Below, one piece after another: positions 1-7,617 of a DNA stretch of 32,000 nucleotides. A program made the position numbers and the translations under genes. The notes beneath the pieces were generated by a model. The model was not told the DNA's origin. It saw only the letters and a list, made by a program, of their open reading frames with translations, and did no database searches. The stretch is taken from positions 270,001 to 302,000 of the forward strand of contig OY970071.1 of assembly GCA_963705375.1 (NCBI GenBank). The letters run 5' to 3'. Position 1 is the first letter of the stretch. Each line of letters starts with the position of its first letter. This DNA comes from Candidatus Saccharimonadota bacterium (lineage in GTDB: Archaea > Micrarchaeota > Micrarchaeia > Micrarchaeales > Micrarchaeaceae).

Positions 1-771
1 AGGCATGGCGAACGTCCAGGGATTCATGCTGTTTGAGGTGGTGCCCGTCCAGCTAGAGAAGGCATAGTAGTCTGAACTTGCTACGGCATTAAGTGTTATC
101 GTTTCACCTGAAACATAGTTGTTTGAAGAGCAACCGACAGAATTGGTTGGAGAAGCATCGACATAAGACCCGCCAGTGCCATACGAAAGCGAGAGAGCAT
201 AGCACGTTGGAGAGCCCCCACTTATTGTTGTGGTGCTGCTACCAGTTGTGGTGCTTCCGCCACCTCCGCCGCTGCTTCCGAAGCCAAACGCTGTGACCTT
301 CGCGTTTATCGATGCGATCTGGACAACAAGGCCCGACTGGCCGCTCTGATTGTACTGCAACCACAAGTTTCCGGAGAACGGCGTGCCGATCGCACTAGAA
401 GACAACGAACACGGGAAGTCGACATTTTGCTGCGCACCTGCTGCGAGTGCAATATTCGCAGAGCTGAAACTGGAAGGCGCGGAAGAGCCGCTAGAGCATG
501 CGACGCCGGTAACAGTTATCGGATGTGAAGAGCCTATCGTTGTGGACAACAGGCCATTGGAAAGCAGGACGGGATTGCTGCACAAATAGCCTACGCGCGT
601 CGAGCATGCGCCGCTCGCGGCACTCGCGCCGCTGTTGAAAACGCCCAAGCTGAACAGGGAAGCGAGCACGACGGCGATTATTAGGATGGCCCATCCGTAC
701 GTCATGAGGTACTCCATCGCAGACTGTGCCCTTATTCTGGAATTGGGATCATTCAGCAATTCTCTATGCAT
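1..771 (-). CDS. Surface protein with an archaeal class III signal peptide / type IV pilin-like N-terminus. It is partial: the 3' end runs off the window.
   Basis: My own minus-strand translation from ATG (771-769) reads MHRELLNDPNSRIRAQSAMEYLMTYGWAILIIAVVLASLFSLGVF… and stays open to position 1 (257 codons). It is paralogous to the N-termini of 1520..2023 and 2253..5288. A poly-Gly linker is followed by a TCYALSLSYGTGG…SPTNSVGC module like those in the 1048-aa ORF. Confidence 0.75.
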   Translation of the reverse strand, partial: MHRELLNDPNSRIRAQSAMEYLMTYGWAILIIAVVLASLFSLGVFNSGASAASGACSTRVGYLCSNPVLLSNGLLSTTIGSSHPITVTGVACSSGSSAPSSFSSANIALAAGAQQNVDFPCSLSSSAIGTPFSGNLWLQYNQSGQSGLVVQIASINAKVTAFGFGSSGGGGGSTTTGSSTTTISGGSPTCYALSLSYGTGGSYVDASPTNSVGCSSNNYVSGETITLNAVASSDYYAFSSWTGTTSNSMNPWTFAMP

Positions 772-800
772 TTGGGTCTTGATAAAAGTGGACAGAACAT

Positions 801-812
801 ATTTATAGGCAT
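801..812 (-). promoter_or_regulatory. TATA-like box for the partial pilin-like gene, consistent with a leaderless transcript
   Basis: The minus strand reads CCTATAAATAT about 26-30 nt upstream of the ATG at 771. The same geometry occurs upstream of the ATG at 5288. Confidence 0.35.
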
Positions 813-822
813 ATGACCTTCT

Positions 823-1421
823 CTGCGGGCTAAAGCCCGCAGTATCTCATCACGCCGCGAGCGTCATCTGACAGGATACGTCTTGCCTCCTGATGTAATT
901 CTGTACCGTCTTCTCGTCGCGAGGCCCAACACTTCCGTTGCTGTATCCTGCACTCCAGAAGTGACCTTGCAGATACCGCAGCCTATGGTTAGGTATTTCC
1001 TTGAAAACCACATACGACGAATATCCCTTCAGCAGTTGTACTGCAGTTGCAATCGACATTGTATTTGGAATGCCTGTTTCGAGATGTATGTGTGCGTAAT
1101 CATCGCCAAATGACATTTCCTTTATTGAGATCTTGTACCTTTCTGCAACGTTGTAGAGGGCACCACGTATTGCCGCCACGGTTTTCGGGTTCTTGAACAT
1201 CTTGTATCGGTACTTCGTAACGAAGACAAGGTGCTGGAAGTTGTATTGATGACCGACGCTGTCGGCAGATGGTTCTTTATTTGCAGCGGTTCCACTATTC
1301 ATGTTATCACGTATCGGCAGTTTGCGGCGCAAATTTTTCCGTGCCGCGGCTGCCTTACGCAGAAATCTACAGGAAAAGTATTTCAGTAACTGTGCAATTC
1401 ATTCACGACCTAAAGGTCGTG
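823..1421 (-). mobile_element. IS200/IS605-family insertion sequence, tnpA only. The exact ends are not resolved.
   Basis: The TnpA gene is flanked by two subterminal hairpins that share a TAAA loop: ctgcgggc-taaa-gcccgcag (823-842) and cacgacc-taaa-ggtcgtg (1404-1421). This matches the subterminal hairpin ends typical of the family. Confidence 0.65.
850..1332 (-). CDS. tnpA: IS200/IS605-family Y1 (HUH) transposase TnpA
   Basis: Family hallmarks are present: HLVFVTKYRYKMF, the HUH motif in DYAHIHLETGIP, LKGYSSYVVFKEIP, GHFWSAGYSNGSVG and QNYIRRQ. The start may instead be Met11 (1302). Confidence 0.85.
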   Translation of the reverse strand: MRRKLPIRDNMNSGTAANKEPSADSVGHQYNFQHLVFVTKYRYKMFKNPKTVAAIRGALYNVAERYKISIKEMSFGDDYAHIHLETGIPNTMSIATAVQLLKGYSSYVVFKEIPNHRLRYLQGHFWSAGYSNGSVGPRDEKTVQNYIRRQDVSCQMTLAA

Positions 1422-1519
1422 GTATTCTTGCCCTAAGAATAATAAGAAAATGGCACTTGTACCCTACAGGACTCTGCGACGTACTGTGGCTGCGACTACG
1501 ATGCTCCAGACTGCGTGCC

Positions 1520-2023
1520 TTAGCTTTGCCCGGCAACTTTTGTGTTCACCGTACCGACCTGTGAGATGAGGCCTGTAAACGGCCCATGGCTATATTCGAT
1601 CCACAGCGTTCCGGAGAAAGGTGCACCCAGAGAGTTCGAAGATAGGACACATCTGAACGCGACGTTTGCCACCTGTGAAGGCTGAAGGTCGAGCGTCGTC
1701 TGTGAGAAAGTGGAAGGTTCCGCAGAGCTGTTGGAGCATCCAAGGCCGGTGACCGTCATAACACCGGTGATGGTCGATTCCCCGATCGAGGTCAGCAGAA
1801 GGCCATTGCTATCCAGCACAGGCGTGCCGCAAAGGTAGCCGACCTTGCCGATGCATGCGTTTAGGCCACTACTACCTGGACTGGAGAACACGCCCAAGCT
1901 GAACAGACCGATAAGCACAAGAGCGATGGCGAGGATCGCCCAGCCATACGTCATCAAGAATTCCATCGCCGACTGAGCGCCCAGTTTTTGTTTGATAGAG
2001 TATCTTTTTGTACTCACAAACAT
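1520..2023 (-). CDS. Stand-alone archaeal type IV pilin-like protein with a class III signal peptide
   Basis: The N-terminus is MFVSTKRYSIKQKLGAQSAMEFLMTYGWAILAIALVLIGLFSLGVF. The remainder aligns with the roughly 165-aa N-terminal domain of the two larger paralogs (…GYLCGTPVLDSNGLL…GAPFSGTLWIEYS…). Confidence 0.75.
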   Translation of the reverse strand: MFVSTKRYSIKQKLGAQSAMEFLMTYGWAILAIALVLIGLFSLGVFSSPGSSGLNACIGKVGYLCGTPVLDSNGLLLTSIGESTITGVMTVTGLGCSNSSAEPSTFSQTTLDLQPSQVANVAFRCVLSSNSLGAPFSGTLWIEYSHGPFTGLISQVGTVNTKVAGQS

Positions 2024-2066
2024 CCCGTAAGCTTTTGCAAAGAAACCAATAAGAAACCGATAGCAA

Positions 2067-2167
2067 TTACTCCCTAATCGCCTTTGGCAGCTTTATCCCG
2101 TGCTGCCCGTCTTTGCGAACACCGCGTGCACGAACAGCATCCCGGTTTGAGCGTTATTTTGTAAGGC
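2067..2167 (-). pseudogene. Decayed fragment of the dCTP deaminase 3' end, a duplicate of 5413-5555
   Basis: The nucleotide sequence ttactccctaatcgcctttggcagctttatcccgtgctgc|ccgtctttgcgaacaccgcgtgcacgaacagcatcccggtttgagcgttattttgtaaggc aligns to the dcd 3' end, with a 39-bp deletion between two gctgc repeats. The translation retains …HAVFAKT. Confidence 0.6.
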
Positions 2168-2252
2168 ATCCACTTTCCATGTTTCAGTTTTGTGCAGCAT
2201 ATGCCATCTATATCCTGCAGTTAAGCGTGCGCACTCTTTTGGCAAAGAAAGG

Positions 2253-5200
2253 TCATGAGAGGTATTCCATGACTGTGCTAGGTGAATTGTTGTTATAATC
2301 AGTCCAGTAGACGTTGCCGCTGCTTCCGACGGCTATACCATACGGCCCACTCTGCCCTGACGCTATTGTGGCAATCTGCGAGCTTGCAGAGTTATACACC
2401 ATCACATTGCCCGAATAAGAATCAGTCCAGTAGACGTTGCCGCTGCTTCCGACGGCTATACTATACGGCCCACTCTGCCCTGACGCTATTGTGACCTGCG
2501 AGCCTCCTAAAATCTGCTCCATCACTGTGCCGTCACCAGCATTAGCCCAGTAGACGTTGCCGCTGCTGTCCACAGCTATGCCACAGGGATTGTGCTGTCC
2601 TGACGCTATTGTGGTGGTCTGCAAGCTTACTGAGTTATACTCCATAACATTGCCAGGAAGATCGTCAGTAGTCCAGTAGACGTTGCCGTGGCTGTCTGCC
2701 ACTATGAAATCTAGATTCATCTGTCCTGACGCTATCGTGGTGGTCTGCAAGCTTACTGAGTTATACTCCATAACATTGTTCAAATTAGGAGCGGTCCAGA
2801 AGATGTTGCCGCTGTTGTCGACTGCTAAACCCCAGGCCCCAGTTGGTCCAGGCAGTATTGTGGTCGGCGAGCCTCCGGGGGCATATTCCAGTACATTGCC
2901 ATAACCATAATTTGCCCAGTAGACGTGACCGTTGCGCATGGTTATGCCGGCAGGCTGAGCTTGTCCTGACGCTATTGTGACCAGCGAGCCTCCGGATGTA
3001 TGTTCCATCACATTGCTATTGCCCGGTGGAAAATAATCAGTCCAGTAGACGTTGCCGCTGCTGTCGACAGCTATGCCAGTTGGACCCATCTGTCCTGAAG
3101 CGAGAATTACAACATGGGTGAAGCTCGCTGTCTCGGCGGACGCATATGGATACATAGAAAAAGTAAACGGATTGTCAGTAGACAGATATGGGCCCATCCA
3201 GCTGTAGAAGACATATCCCGGACTTGCTACCGCATTGATAGTGATTGACGCTCCGGCCACATAGTTTCCGGCAGGGCAGCCAGGAGAGTTGGTTGGAGAA
3301 GCGCTGACAGAAGAGCCTCCTGTGCCGTACGAGAGCGAGAGCGAATAGCACTGAGCAAAAGTCGCTTGCTCGTTCATGCCAGGTACTTGCATATAAAAGA
3401 GCCACGGATTAGAAGTGGATAGGTAACTACCCATCCAGCTGTAGAAGACATATCCCGGACTTGCTATCGCATTGAAAGTGATCGGCGCTCCGTGCACATA
3501 GTTTCCGGCAGGGCAGCCAGGAGAGTTGGTTGGAGAAGCGCTAGCAGAAGAGCCGCCTATGCTGTTATATGAGAGTGTGAGAGGATAACATGTTCCAAAG
3601 TTCGCTTGTTCGTTGATCGCGTCTGGTATGTTGAATGTCCAGGGCATGGTTGTGTTTGAAAATGTGCCGGTCCAACCTGTGAAACCGTATCCAGGACTTG
3701 ACGTGGCCGTAAGTGTTATCGTGGTCCCGGCATAGAAGTTGTCATCGGGGCATCCGACAGAATTGGTTGGATAAACGCTGACAAAAGCACCTCCTGTGCC
3801 GAATGAGAGCGAGAGAGGATAGCACGTTCCAGAGGGAATTGTTGTGGTGCTTCCACCGCCACCACCGCCACCAGATCCTATGCAAGTGTACCCTGCCTGG
3901 CACTCCACCACAGTGCCAGAACCGCTGTCTACCCAGTACACGTTGCCGCTGCTGTCAACAGCTATGCCCGCAGGCGCATTCTGTCCTGTTGCTATCGGAG
4001 TAAGTGTGCCTCCAGAATACTTCATCACGTTGCCAGAGCCGAGGTCAGTCCAATAGACGTTGCCGCTACCGTCCAAGGCTATGTCTAAAGCACCAGTCTG
4101 TCCTGTCGCGAGGGTCCTTACTGTATGAGAGTTCGCAACATATTCCATCACGTTGGCAGATGAGGATTGAATGTTATCCAAGCTGCTAAGGAAAGTGTTT
4201 ATCCAGTAGACGTTGCCGCTGCCGTCAATTGTGATCAAAAGCGGCCCATCCGCTGTTGCTATTGTTTGAGTAGAGATGCCATTATACTCCCTGATTTCGT
4301 CCGAACCGAAGGCAGTCCAATAGACATTGCCGTTGCGGGCAGCTACGCCGATGGGCTCACTCTCTCCAGAAACAAGAACACTAGCAGCACTGCCAGAGTA
4401 GACCATCACGTTGCCGTCACCAGCAGAAGCCCAGTAGACCTTGCCATTGCCAAAAGTTATTCCCAAAGGCGAAGATAGTCCACTCGCAATAGCAGTCGTC
4501 ACGCCGGAAGAATACTTTATCACGTTGCCAGCACCCATATCCGTCCAGTAGACGTTGCCGCCATCCACGGCTATAAAGGATGGATTGCCGCCATTGAGAT
4601 AGGTAGCAAGCGCTGTCACAGTATTCGAACTCTTGACATACTCCATCACATTGGTAGAGCTAGATGGTGCTGCGGCCCAGTAGACGTTCTCACTGCTGTC
4701 GACCGTTATTCCAGTTACACCGTTCTGTCCGGAAGCAAGTATTATCAAATTTTCGGAGTGAGAGCCACCGCCACCACCGCCACCTCCACTTCCAGAGCCA
4801 AAGGCAGTAACCCGAGCATTCACCGATGCGACCTGCGCAACAAGGCCGGTTTGGCCGTTCTGCGAGTACTTCATCCACAGCGTCCCAGCGAAAGGAGTAC
4901 CCAGCGCATTGGAAGGAAGTCTGCAGGGGAAGTCAACGTTCTGCTGCGAACCCGCGCCTAGCACGATATTTGCAGCTGCATAAGCAGAATCGGCAGGGGC
5001 AGAAGAGCTGTTTGAACATCCAATACCTGTAACTGTAACCGCTTGTGAAGAGCCTATTGTTGCTGCGAGGACGCCGTTTGATATAAGGACCGGATTGCTG
5101 CACAGGTAGCCGACCTGTGTCACACAAGATGTACTTGTGGATGTGCCAGTGCTAAACACGCCCAAGCTGAACAGTGAAGCGAGAACAACCGCAATTATCA

Positions 5201-5288
5201 GGATAGCCCATCCGTACGTCATCAAATATTCCATCGCGGACTGTGCCCTTTTTCCGGTAGAGGCGAACCTCGCCATATCCCTTTGCAT
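2253..5288 (-). CDS. Giant pilin-fused surface adhesin. Domain order: class III signal peptide/pilin-like domain, beta-propeller (NHL/YWTD-like) repeats, three Cys-containing Ig-like modules, then a second propeller.
   Basis: The ORF is open to 5399, but Met38 (5288, MQRDMARFASTGKRAQSAMEYLMTYGW…) sits about 28 nt downstream of a TATA-like box. Poly-Gly linkers are present. There are more than 15 G(I/L)AVDSSGNVYW(T/A)D-type blades. Three modules match TCYPLSLSYGTGG…SPTNSPGCPAGNYV.G..IT..A.ASPGY.F..W.G. Confidence 0.8.
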   Translation of the reverse strand: MQRDMARFASTGKRAQSAMEYLMTYGWAILIIAVVLASLFSLGVFSTGTSTSTSCVTQVGYLCSNPVLISNGVLAATIGSSQAVTVTGIGCSNSSSAPADSAYAAANIVLGAGSQQNVDFPCRLPSNALGTPFAGTLWMKYSQNGQTGLVAQVASVNARVTAFGSGSGGGGGGGGSHSENLIILASGQNGVTGITVDSSENVYWAAAPSSSTNVMEYVKSSNTVTALATYLNGGNPSFIAVDGGNVYWTDMGAGNVIKYSSGVTTAIASGLSSPLGITFGNGKVYWASAGDGNVMVYSGSAASVLVSGESEPIGVAARNGNVYWTAFGSDEIREYNGISTQTIATADGPLLITIDGSGNVYWINTFLSSLDNIQSSSANVMEYVANSHTVRTLATGQTGALDIALDGSGNVYWTDLGSGNVMKYSGGTLTPIATGQNAPAGIAVDSSGNVYWVDSGSGTVVECQAGYTCIGSGGGGGGGSTTTIPSGTCYPLSLSFGTGGAFVSVYPTNSVGCPDDNFYAGTTITLTATSSPGYGFTGWTGTFSNTTMPWTFNIPDAINEQANFGTCYPLTLSYNSIGGSSASASPTNSPGCPAGNYVHGAPITFNAIASPGYVFYSWMGSYLSTSNPWLFYMQVPGMNEQATFAQCYSLSLSYGTGGSSVSASPTNSPGCPAGNYVAGASITINAVASPGYVFYSWMGPYLSTDNPFTFSMYPYASAETASFTHVVILASGQMGPTGIAVDSSGNVYWTDYFPPGNSNVMEHTSGGSLVTIASGQAQPAGITMRNGHVYWANYGYGNVLEYAPGGSPTTILPGPTGAWGLAVDNSGNIFWTAPNLNNVMEYNSVSLQTTTIASGQMNLDFIVADSHGNVYWTTDDLPGNVMEYNSVSLQTTTIASGQHNPCGIAVDSSGNVYWANAGDGTVMEQILGGSQVTIASGQSGPYSIAVGSSGNVYWTDSYSGNVMVYNSASSQIATIASGQSGPYGIAVGSSGNVYWTDYNNNSPSTVMEYLS
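2298..2493. repeat. Near-identical intragenic direct repeat (two ~73-bp copies, 123-bp period) inside the adhesin gene
   Basis: atcagtccagtagacgttgccgctgcttccgacggctata(c/t)…cggcccactctgccctgacgctattgtg occurs at 2298-2370 and 2421-2493. Confidence 0.85.
3193..3542. repeat. Intragenic direct repeat (237-bp period) encoding duplicated Ig-like modules
   Basis: cccatccagctgtagaagacatatcccggacttgcta…ggcagggcagccaggagagttggttggagaagcgct occurs at 3193-3305 and 3430-3542. More diverged copies lie at about 3660-3780 and 60-180. Confidence 0.8.
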
Positions 5289-5314
5289 CGTGGTCCTAAC
5301 ACAATCAGAAAGAA

Positions 5315-5330
5315 GGTATTTATTATTTCG
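5315..5330 (-). promoter_or_regulatory. TATA-like box for the adhesin gene
   Basis: The minus strand reads CGAAATAATAAATACC, ending 26 nt before the ATG at 5288. Confidence 0.35.
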
Positions 5331-5412
5331 CAATACGGCACCCACACTAGCCACACTAAACTTCATCTGGCGACAGTGCATCTGCAACGCTTTATGCAAG
5401 AAATTCCGGCAG

Positions 5413-5952
5413 TCACTCCTTGATGGCTTTTGGAAGCTTTATCCCGCGCTGCTCGTTGTACGTGCCGGTGTAGATCTTCTCCACCTTGCTGCTCGTCTTT
5501 GCGAACACCGCGTGCGCGAACCGCATTCCGGGCTTGAGCGTTATCTTGTAAGGCGCGTTGTTCACGACCTCTAACGTGATGGTGCCCTTGAATCCAACAT
5601 CTATTATCGTCGGAGGTATCGAAAGGCCGTACCTGCCCCATGTGCTCCTGAGCTCGACAAGGCCGACCAGGTCGTCGGGCATGCCTATGTATTCCATCGA
5701 TGAGAGCAGCACGTGCTCGTGCGAGTCTATTGAAAGAACCTTCGCGCCCTTCTGAAGGTCGTATGCCACTTTGACGCTTTCTTCTTTTGTAGGATCCATG
5801 ACGAAGTCAGGAGTGGGCTTCACATGCCTCGCTATCTCATCAGAAAGCCTGAGGTCTATCCCGTTCTCCTTGACAAGGCCATCTACGAACGGGTCTATCA
5901 CGAGCCTCTTGCTCTTTATCATGTTCATCAGGTCGAAATCTGAGAGTATCAT
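5413..5952 (-). CDS. dcd: dCTP deaminase (dCTP deaminase/dUTPase family)
   Basis: It starts MILSDFDLMNMIKSKRLVIDPF…GIDLRLS and contains …VELRSTWGRYGL…IDVGFKGTITLEV.N. This is the typical Dcd fold signature. The start was chosen at MILSD (5952); the ORF extends to 5976. Confidence 0.85.
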   Translation of the reverse strand: MILSDFDLMNMIKSKRLVIDPFVDGLVKENGIDLRLSDEIARHVKPTPDFVMDPTKEESVKVAYDLQKGAKVLSIDSHEHVLLSSMEYIGMPDDLVGLVELRSTWGRYGLSIPPTIIDVGFKGTITLEVVNNAPYKITLKPGMRFAHAVFAKTSSKVEKIYTGTYNEQRGIKLPKAIKE

Positions 5953-6011
5953 GCAAACACAAATTCCTTTCTGCAAATAACATTAATAAGCTTTCACAGA
6001 CAGTGCTCATC

Positions 6012-6590
6012 ATGTTCATCGCTTTCGAAGGCATCGACGGCTGCGGCAAGTCCACGCAGGCGGAACTGCTGTACAGCTACATGAAGCAGAAGGGCAGGTG
6101 CCTGCTCACTGACGAGCCTACGGATGGGATGACCGGAGTGCTCATCCAGGGACTGCTCAGGAGCGGGAGGCACATAGACCCGATGGCGCTTCAGCTGCTT
6201 TTCATATCTGACCGGACGGAGCACATGAACGAGTTCCTGCTACCTAAGCTCAAGGAAGGATATTCCATCATAACGGACCGCTACATGTTCTCATCGATAG
6301 CGTACGGCGCAGCAAGCGGCGTGGACAAGGAGTGGCTGATGCAGACGAGCAGCAAGTTCAGGCTGCCAGACGCTACTTTCGTGTTCGACGTCGATCCCGA
6401 GATAGCCATGCAGCGCCTGAAAAAGAAGAGCAACGAAGTGGAATACTTTGACAAGGTGCAGTTCATGGGCAAGGCAAGGGCCGCGTTCCAGAGCCTGAAG
6501 GAACACTACAAGAACTATTATTTGATAGACAGCAGCAAGAGCATCGAAGAGATACATTCTAATATAATTAAGATAATAGATACTCTGTAA
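6012..6590 (+). CDS. tmk: Thymidylate kinase
   Basis: MFIAFEGIDGCGKSTQAELL carries the P-loop, followed by …TDEPT… and DRYMFSSIAYG (DRY motif). A GTG at 6003 is an alternative start. Confidence 0.9.
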   Translation: MFIAFEGIDGCGKSTQAELLYSYMKQKGRCLLTDEPTDGMTGVLIQGLLRSGRHIDPMALQLLFISDRTEHMNEFLLPKLKEGYSIITDRYMFSSIAYGAASGVDKEWLMQTSSKFRLPDATFVFDVDPEIAMQRLKKKSNEVEYFDKVQFMGKARAAFQSLKEHYKNYYLIDSSKSIEEIHSNIIKIIDTL

Positions 6591-6598
6591 ATGAATGC

Positions 6599-6673
6599 GC
6601 TCCCATCGTCTAGCCCGGCCAAGGACATGGGGCTTTCAACCCCAGAACCCGAGTTCAAATCTCGGTGGGAGCA
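6599..6673 (+). tRNA. tRNA-Glu (anticodon UUC); CCA is not encoded
   Basis: I folded the cloverleaf by hand. Acceptor stem: GCTCCCA/TGGGAGC plus discriminator A. D stem: GTCT/GGAC. Anticodon stem: TGGGG/CCCCA with loop CT-TTC-AA. T arm: CCGAG-TTCAAAT-CTCGG. Confidence 0.9.
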
Positions 6674-6681
6674 TTTTACGC
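6671..6681 (+). repeat. Left copy of the casposon target-site duplication (GCATTTTACGC)
   Basis: An identical 11-mer lies at 21697-21707, directly outside each TIR. Its first 3 nt are the last 3 nt of tRNA-Glu. Each boundary is ambiguous by about 1 nt because the flanking bases also match. Confidence 0.8.
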
Positions 6682-6735
6682 TGGGATATAGCTAAGGAAA
6701 ACATAATGGACTCCTACTTTCCATAAATCTGAAAT
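6682..6735 (+). repeat. Casposon left terminal inverted repeat (54 bp)
   Basis: tgggatatagctaaggaaaacataatggactcctactttccataaatctgaaat is the exact reverse complement of 21643-21696. Confidence 0.95.
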
Positions 6736-6746
6736 ACCAATAGACT

Positions 6747-7475
6747 TTACTTATCGTCTTTCGGTTCTTCGGAGAAATAAGCAGCATCCTCTGCCCTTTC
6801 AAGTTCCGCTTCGTATCTTTGGTCAGGATCAATACCAGTTCCATCACAATAGATACATTTTTCGCCAGTGTTCGAGTCCTGACCTGCTACACAATCTGGA
6901 TTTCCACATTTGAGCTGTCTTTCTAATAAGGATATATCAATATTGAAGTCTTCGAGAATCAAGTCCCTGTAGTCCTCTGGATGTCTATAAGTAAGCCAGT
7001 CTTTTATCATATCCTCAAAAGCAAGTTCTATCTGATTTAGAAGTATCCCTGGGTTTATAAATATAATACTGTCCTTGTCTATCTCGACTGCGTTTTGAAT
7101 ATCATAAGTAAATTGTCCACCATTCTTGATTCGAGCCTCGTGAACTAAACCACATCTAAACTCATCATAAATGCGGCCTAATTGTTTAGAATCCAAATTC
7201 TTGAAATCGGGCAGATTGCTGCTAATCCAATCTTTAGTTCTTTCCCCGCTTTCATCGATGCCATATTCTGTTCGCGCTATTGCGTCTATTGCACTAAAGC
7301 ACAATATTCCCGCTCCGAACCCTGCTTTCTTCTCATTCAACAATCTGGCAGGTCTGAAGTAGAAACCAATTATCCTTTCCTGATACGCCTTTATCACTTC
7401 TACTGGATTGTCCGTGCTGATAAGCTGAGTAAAAGTATAGTCTGGCGCAAAATATACATTGTCTCCTTTTCGCAT
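6747..7475 (-). CDS. Hypothetical protein with a C-terminal CxxC…CxxC zinc ribbon (casposon cargo)
   Basis: It is a 242-aa ORF with the C-terminal motif CGNPDCVAGQDSNTGEKCIYCDGTG. I recognise no family for it. Confidence 0.55.
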   Translation of the reverse strand: MRKGDNVYFAPDYTFTQLISTDNPVEVIKAYQERIIGFYFRPARLLNEKKAGFGAGILCFSAIDAIARTEYGIDESGERTKDWISSNLPDFKNLDSKQLGRIYDEFRCGLVHEARIKNGGQFTYDIQNAVEIDKDSIIFINPGILLNQIELAFEDMIKDWLTYRHPEDYRDLILEDFNIDISLLERQLKCGNPDCVAGQDSNTGEKCIYCDGTGIDPDQRYEAELERAEDAAYFSEEPKDDK

Positions 7476-7617
7476 AAGATAATATTACTCTCTTGCTAAT
7501 AAATCCTTGCTCATGTTAATTTATTAGACCAAAAACGATGGGTTATTGCAAAGTCATACCAACAAAAAGGCTTAAATACGGCATAGAAACACTCTTATAT
7601 TTGGATGCAACCACGTC

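Noticed and set aside
93-694. Plus- and minus-strand track ORFs 93..296, 350..589 and 491..694
   Set aside because: All are out of frame within the continuous 257-codon minus-strand reading frame, which is clearly homologous to the neighbouring adhesin genes.
5289-5399. N-terminal extension of the adhesin ORF (MHKALQMHCRQMKF…)
   Set aside because: The extension would put 37 extra residues ahead of the class III signal peptide and would overlap the TATA-like box at 5315-5330. Met38 at 5288 gives the short basic N-terminus expected of prepilins.
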